Shown here: positions 48,201 through 50,031 of the stretch, piece by piece
Layout of the letters: each line of letters starts with the position of its first letter
How positions within the stretch are numbered: position 1 is the first letter of the stretch
Origin: a virus
Taxonomy: Duplodnaviria > Caudoviricetes
DNA: 50,031 nucleotides
Direction: 5' to 3' (one strand)
Virus record (IMG/VR): IMGVR_UViG_3300047561_001219
Span: 1-50,031 of that record
Notes under the pieces: generated by a model
Seen by the model: the letters and a program-made list of their open reading frames with translations, nothing else
What the model was told of the DNA's origin: nothing
The model's database searches: none
Program-made: the position numbers and the translations under genes

Positions 48201-48329
48201 GGTACGGCAAATACAAATATTGGTATTTACCCCGATGGACCTGACGTATTGACTATTGTTGCTCAGAACATTAGTCCGGCGGCAGGTTTCATTCAAACCC
48301 GCATGTCATGGAACGAAGCTCAGGCGTAA
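45270..48329 (+). CDS. Large virion structural protein (cyanophage-type)
   Basis: YTFTP...LITNVT.N....NFSD, KLRVSTPQSLIDTDYEY..Q.TKWE, RQTRRYFRYQSGKG, MQMFYIDYSWYGAG, AYMRSGNLP.RYE, W.EAQA. Confidence 0.75.
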   Translation: MARKAILETYYTFTPSTRTIVIPKAIPKERLTLITNVTTNQVLFNFSDPNLTTTSYVIATDPTTGVVTTTIVLSYNTSGLTATDKLQIVVDEYDEKFTPSESYLDPINKLRVSTPQSLIDTDYEYSIQTTKWEQLALINNRPFGYYDTATGAISIADIQANNSSRTYTVYTTSPPAVGSAVFVGDSLYAGADGVYIVDANTGSTFSYTGKFYFTGVGQQSIFNNGVTNIYRGGIFSNSAIALTNITVSAQTSGALGNTVTVTTQQPHGLTIGNEVALTGVTAATSGAPNGSYTVSSIISQNTFNFIQQTGGPSVGALTGGTLYVRPQGQALHRPFDGGVRFSTNAASHNQSYIRQTRRYFRYQSGKGIQMSTGTTLKPQFNLDGITYSSANGVVYVTTKDPHNIQPGVGIFISGVNESGYNGAYTIQDVVTPYTFSYVPTTAPSVNVASGIYYGSANSWNGSQNRIGIFDSQNGLFWEYDGQTLSAVKRNATFQLSGVIAANSGSSYITGTGTLFNKQVSVGDFIVIKGMSYRVQTIISDTSLTVSPQYRGLSNTIQAQCSKVIDIKIPQSQFNIDRLDGTGPSGYNIDLTKMQMFYIDYSWYGAGFVRWGVRGPTGDVVYCHKMINNNVNYLAYMRSGNLPGRYETSTYGKVTYMLGGASGVGTNLTATDTTINVGSTTGFANTGMVAIKGPTQVEFVNYTGKTDTSFTGLTRGQPGNTSIFFTTTAGNNRIVLAASNGTTGIQVGQYVVGANIPPQTYVTSFVPNTSITLSYAPTTAMTLASNAAFLPMANVAQTFTFSATAQTAVEQHSIQFGPEVNHWGTSAIMDGGFSTDKSFIFTKGMQIPQLVQPGANVALMSFRIAPSASSGIPGQALGIREIINRMQLLPYQLDVYCNQGMLMTIFLNSTANNSTNTWLNVGGSSLTQYVFHSNGTFVLQNTGEPVFGFYLNTQQGTYQTTQQDLTQLLALGHSINGGGTANTNIGIYPDGPDVLTIVAQNISPAAGFIQTRMSWNEAQA

Positions 48330-48339
48330 GGAATTCCTT

Positions 48340-49674
48340 ATGTCTTTGTTGAAACCATTTCGTCCTGTTATACCGGTTGCAAACAATGATACATCAACGT
48401 ATTATGTGTCTATGCAACCGGTCATTTGTGGTAAATCTACATCAAAATTTGTAAGCCCAAAACTTACATTCAAATCTTCTACAAACGAATTTCTATTAAA
48501 CAATAGTACTATTGGTGCAAAAAACACCGCTAGTGGTACTAAACCAACCAATCCAAATGTTGGTGATATTTGGTATGATACTACTTCAGATATTACTTTT
48601 CAATACATTTTTGATGGATTAAATTATTTTTGGATAGATATTTCTGGTGTTACTTTTGGTGGAATTATAATACCGCCGCCCATTATCTTACCGCCTACAC
48701 CGTTAGGCGCAGTGCAGTATCTAGTAGTGGCTGGAGGAGGAGGAGGCGGAGGTCCAACTAATGGAACCACATCGGGCAGTGGTGGTGGAGGTGGCGGAGT
48801 ACTAACAGGTTCTACGATATTATACGGCCAGAGTGTTTATACTATTGTTGTTGGTGGCGGTGGACAAGGCGGAGTTGGCGTAGCGGCCCCGGCTCCTGGA
48901 TCAAACCCCGGTATGGCAGGAAATAATAGTAGTATTTCTGGATATGGTGTTTGTGGTATAACATCTAGAGGTGGTGGTGGTGGAGCCGGTGGAAATCAGG
49001 CAAATCCTGTTACTACATTTCCGGTTGCTCATCCAGCTTGCGGCGGTTCGGGCGGTGGCGGATATGGTTATAATACTCCAATTAACCTTTCTAGAGCTTT
49101 TGGTAGTCCAGGTTATAACGTAGCGGGTTCACAAGGTTATCCGGGTGGATCTATACCTGCAAGCAACTTTTCACTAGCTTCTGGAGCTGGTGGCGGTGGA
49201 GCCGGAGGCACAGGTGGTAACGGAAATCCTCGGGGCAATCCTGCTCCTTGTTTTGGTCCTGCTGTAGGTAATGGTACTGGTGGACCTGGATACACTTGGC
49301 CATTTACTGCCACCACTTACGGTGGCGGAGGCGGTGGCGGCAATTTTCCTGTCTGGGCACCGTCAGCAACTTTCGGAGCAGGAGGTCCAGGTGGCGGTGG
49401 CCGTGGCGGAGGTTGTCCTACAAGAGCCGTGGCTGGTACTTTAAACACGGGTGGCGGTGGCGGCGGTGGCGGAGCGCCCTCTGGATGTCAAATGGCTGCC
49501 AATGGAGGAAGCGGCATTGTTATTTTAGCTTTGCCATTGGCGGTTTATGCCAATGTGAGTAATCCAGGAGGAGCCACTATATCAAATCCACCATCAGCTC
49601 CGGGTATGACTGTATTATCATATACTAGTCCATCTCGATTTATTGATGGTACATTTACTTTGACAACCTTATAA
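48340..49674 (+). CDS. GDxWYD module plus glycine-rich domain protein (putative adhesin 3)
   Basis: AAGGA RBS and ATG at 48340 (preferred to TTG at 48256); PNVGDIWYD module; YLVVAGGGGGG Gly-rich domain. Confidence 0.75.
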   Translation: MSLLKPFRPVIPVANNDTSTYYVSMQPVICGKSTSKFVSPKLTFKSSTNEFLLNNSTIGAKNTASGTKPTNPNVGDIWYDTTSDITFQYIFDGLNYFWIDISGVTFGGIIIPPPIILPPTPLGAVQYLVVAGGGGGGGPTNGTTSGSGGGGGGVLTGSTILYGQSVYTIVVGGGGQGGVGVAAPAPGSNPGMAGNNSSISGYGVCGITSRGGGGGAGGNQANPVTTFPVAHPACGGSGGGGYGYNTPINLSRAFGSPGYNVAGSQGYPGGSIPASNFSLASGAGGGGAGGTGGNGNPRGNPAPCFGPAVGNGTGGPGYTWPFTATTYGGGGGGGNFPVWAPSATFGAGGPGGGGRGGGCPTRAVAGTLNTGGGGGGGGAPSGCQMAANGGSGIVILALPLAVYANVSNPGGATISNPPSAPGMTVLSYTSPSRFIDGTFTLTTL

Positions 49675-49675
49675 T

Positions 49676-50031
49676 ATGTCATTAACTAATTCTTCACTTC
49701 AAACTATTTCAGCCAATAATACATCAACGTATTATGTGTCTATGCAACCAGTTATAACTGGAAAAAGTGCTGCAGATTTTATTAGTCCGAATTTAAAATT
49801 TGATTCAATTACAAATAAAATTACAGCTAACGGTGTTTCAATTGTAAAAAACCCAATTTTAACCACCTCAAATACAAAACCAGCTAATCCAAATGTTGGT
49901 GATATTTGGTATGACACTTCCACCGATATTCAATTTCAATATACTTACGATGGAAGAAGTTATTATTGGGTAGATGTTTCTAGTATTGCTTTGAGTGGAA
50001 GCTTATCCGCAACTGCGGCCGCATCTGGTGG
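49676..50031 (+). CDS. Paralog of the 48340 ORF, truncated by the window end (not in ORF track)
   Basis: Manual translation MSLTNSSLQTISANNTSTYYVSMQPVITGKS...KPANPNVGDIWYDTSTDIQFQYTYDGRSYYWVD..., open to the end. Confidence 0.85.
   Translation, partial: MSLTNSSLQTISANNTSTYYVSMQPVITGKSAADFISPNLKFDSITNKITANGVSIVKNPILTTSNTKPANPNVGDIWYDTSTDIQFQYTYDGRSYYWVDVSSIALSGSLSATAAASG

Noticed and set aside
48256-48339. Upstream TTG start extensions in the ORF track (48256; likewise 35847 and 40923)
   Set aside because: They overlap the previous gene. ATGs just after the upstream stops (48340, 35856, 40935) fit better, two with clear RBS.
41297-50031. Diversity-generating retroelement acting on the tip genes (also suggested by the Mtd_N-like domain at 29770)
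   Set aside because: No reverse transcriptase in the window and no template/variable repeat pair differing specifically at adenines across a coding C-terminus; Mtd_N is a structural anchor.

Overview
A 50-kb AT-rich segment of a large T4-like (myovirus) phage genome, with cyanophage/environmental-type gene order. It starts with a HAD nucleotidase and gp32 (ssDNA-binding protein). A minus-strand tail/head block follows: gp4, gp2, gp54, gp26, a start-less gp51-like frame and two paralogous 504-aa tape-measure-like genes. Next is a plus-strand baseplate block: gp48, gp53, gp27-like hub, gp5 split into separate ORFs, gp25, gp6, gp7, gp8 and a 2102-aa VrlC-like protein. The last ~22 kb is a receptor-binding region with an S74-chaperone fibre, an Mtd_N/beta-helix spike, two long Ala/Asn heptad-repeat fibres, a subtilisin-like protease, small adaptors and three Gly/Cys-rich tip proteins. 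Five observations stand out. (1) A likely programmed -1 frameshift (T-TTT-TTC) fuses gp26 to the gp51-like frame just upstream of the tape-measure genes, like lambda G/GT. (2) The fibre region is built from repeated cassettes of C-terminal peptide, adaptor and Gly-rich adhesin, one flanked by 54-bp direct repeats. (3) Ala-Asn-(Thr/Ser/Val) motifs appear enriched across unrelated virion proteins. (4) A structured intergenic element lies at ~29.04-29.13 kb. (5) Several late promoters are placed to give leaderless mRNAs. No tRNA, rRNA, CRISPR array, integrase or transposase was recognised. Product calls come from motifs recognised by eye plus synteny; no database searches were run.
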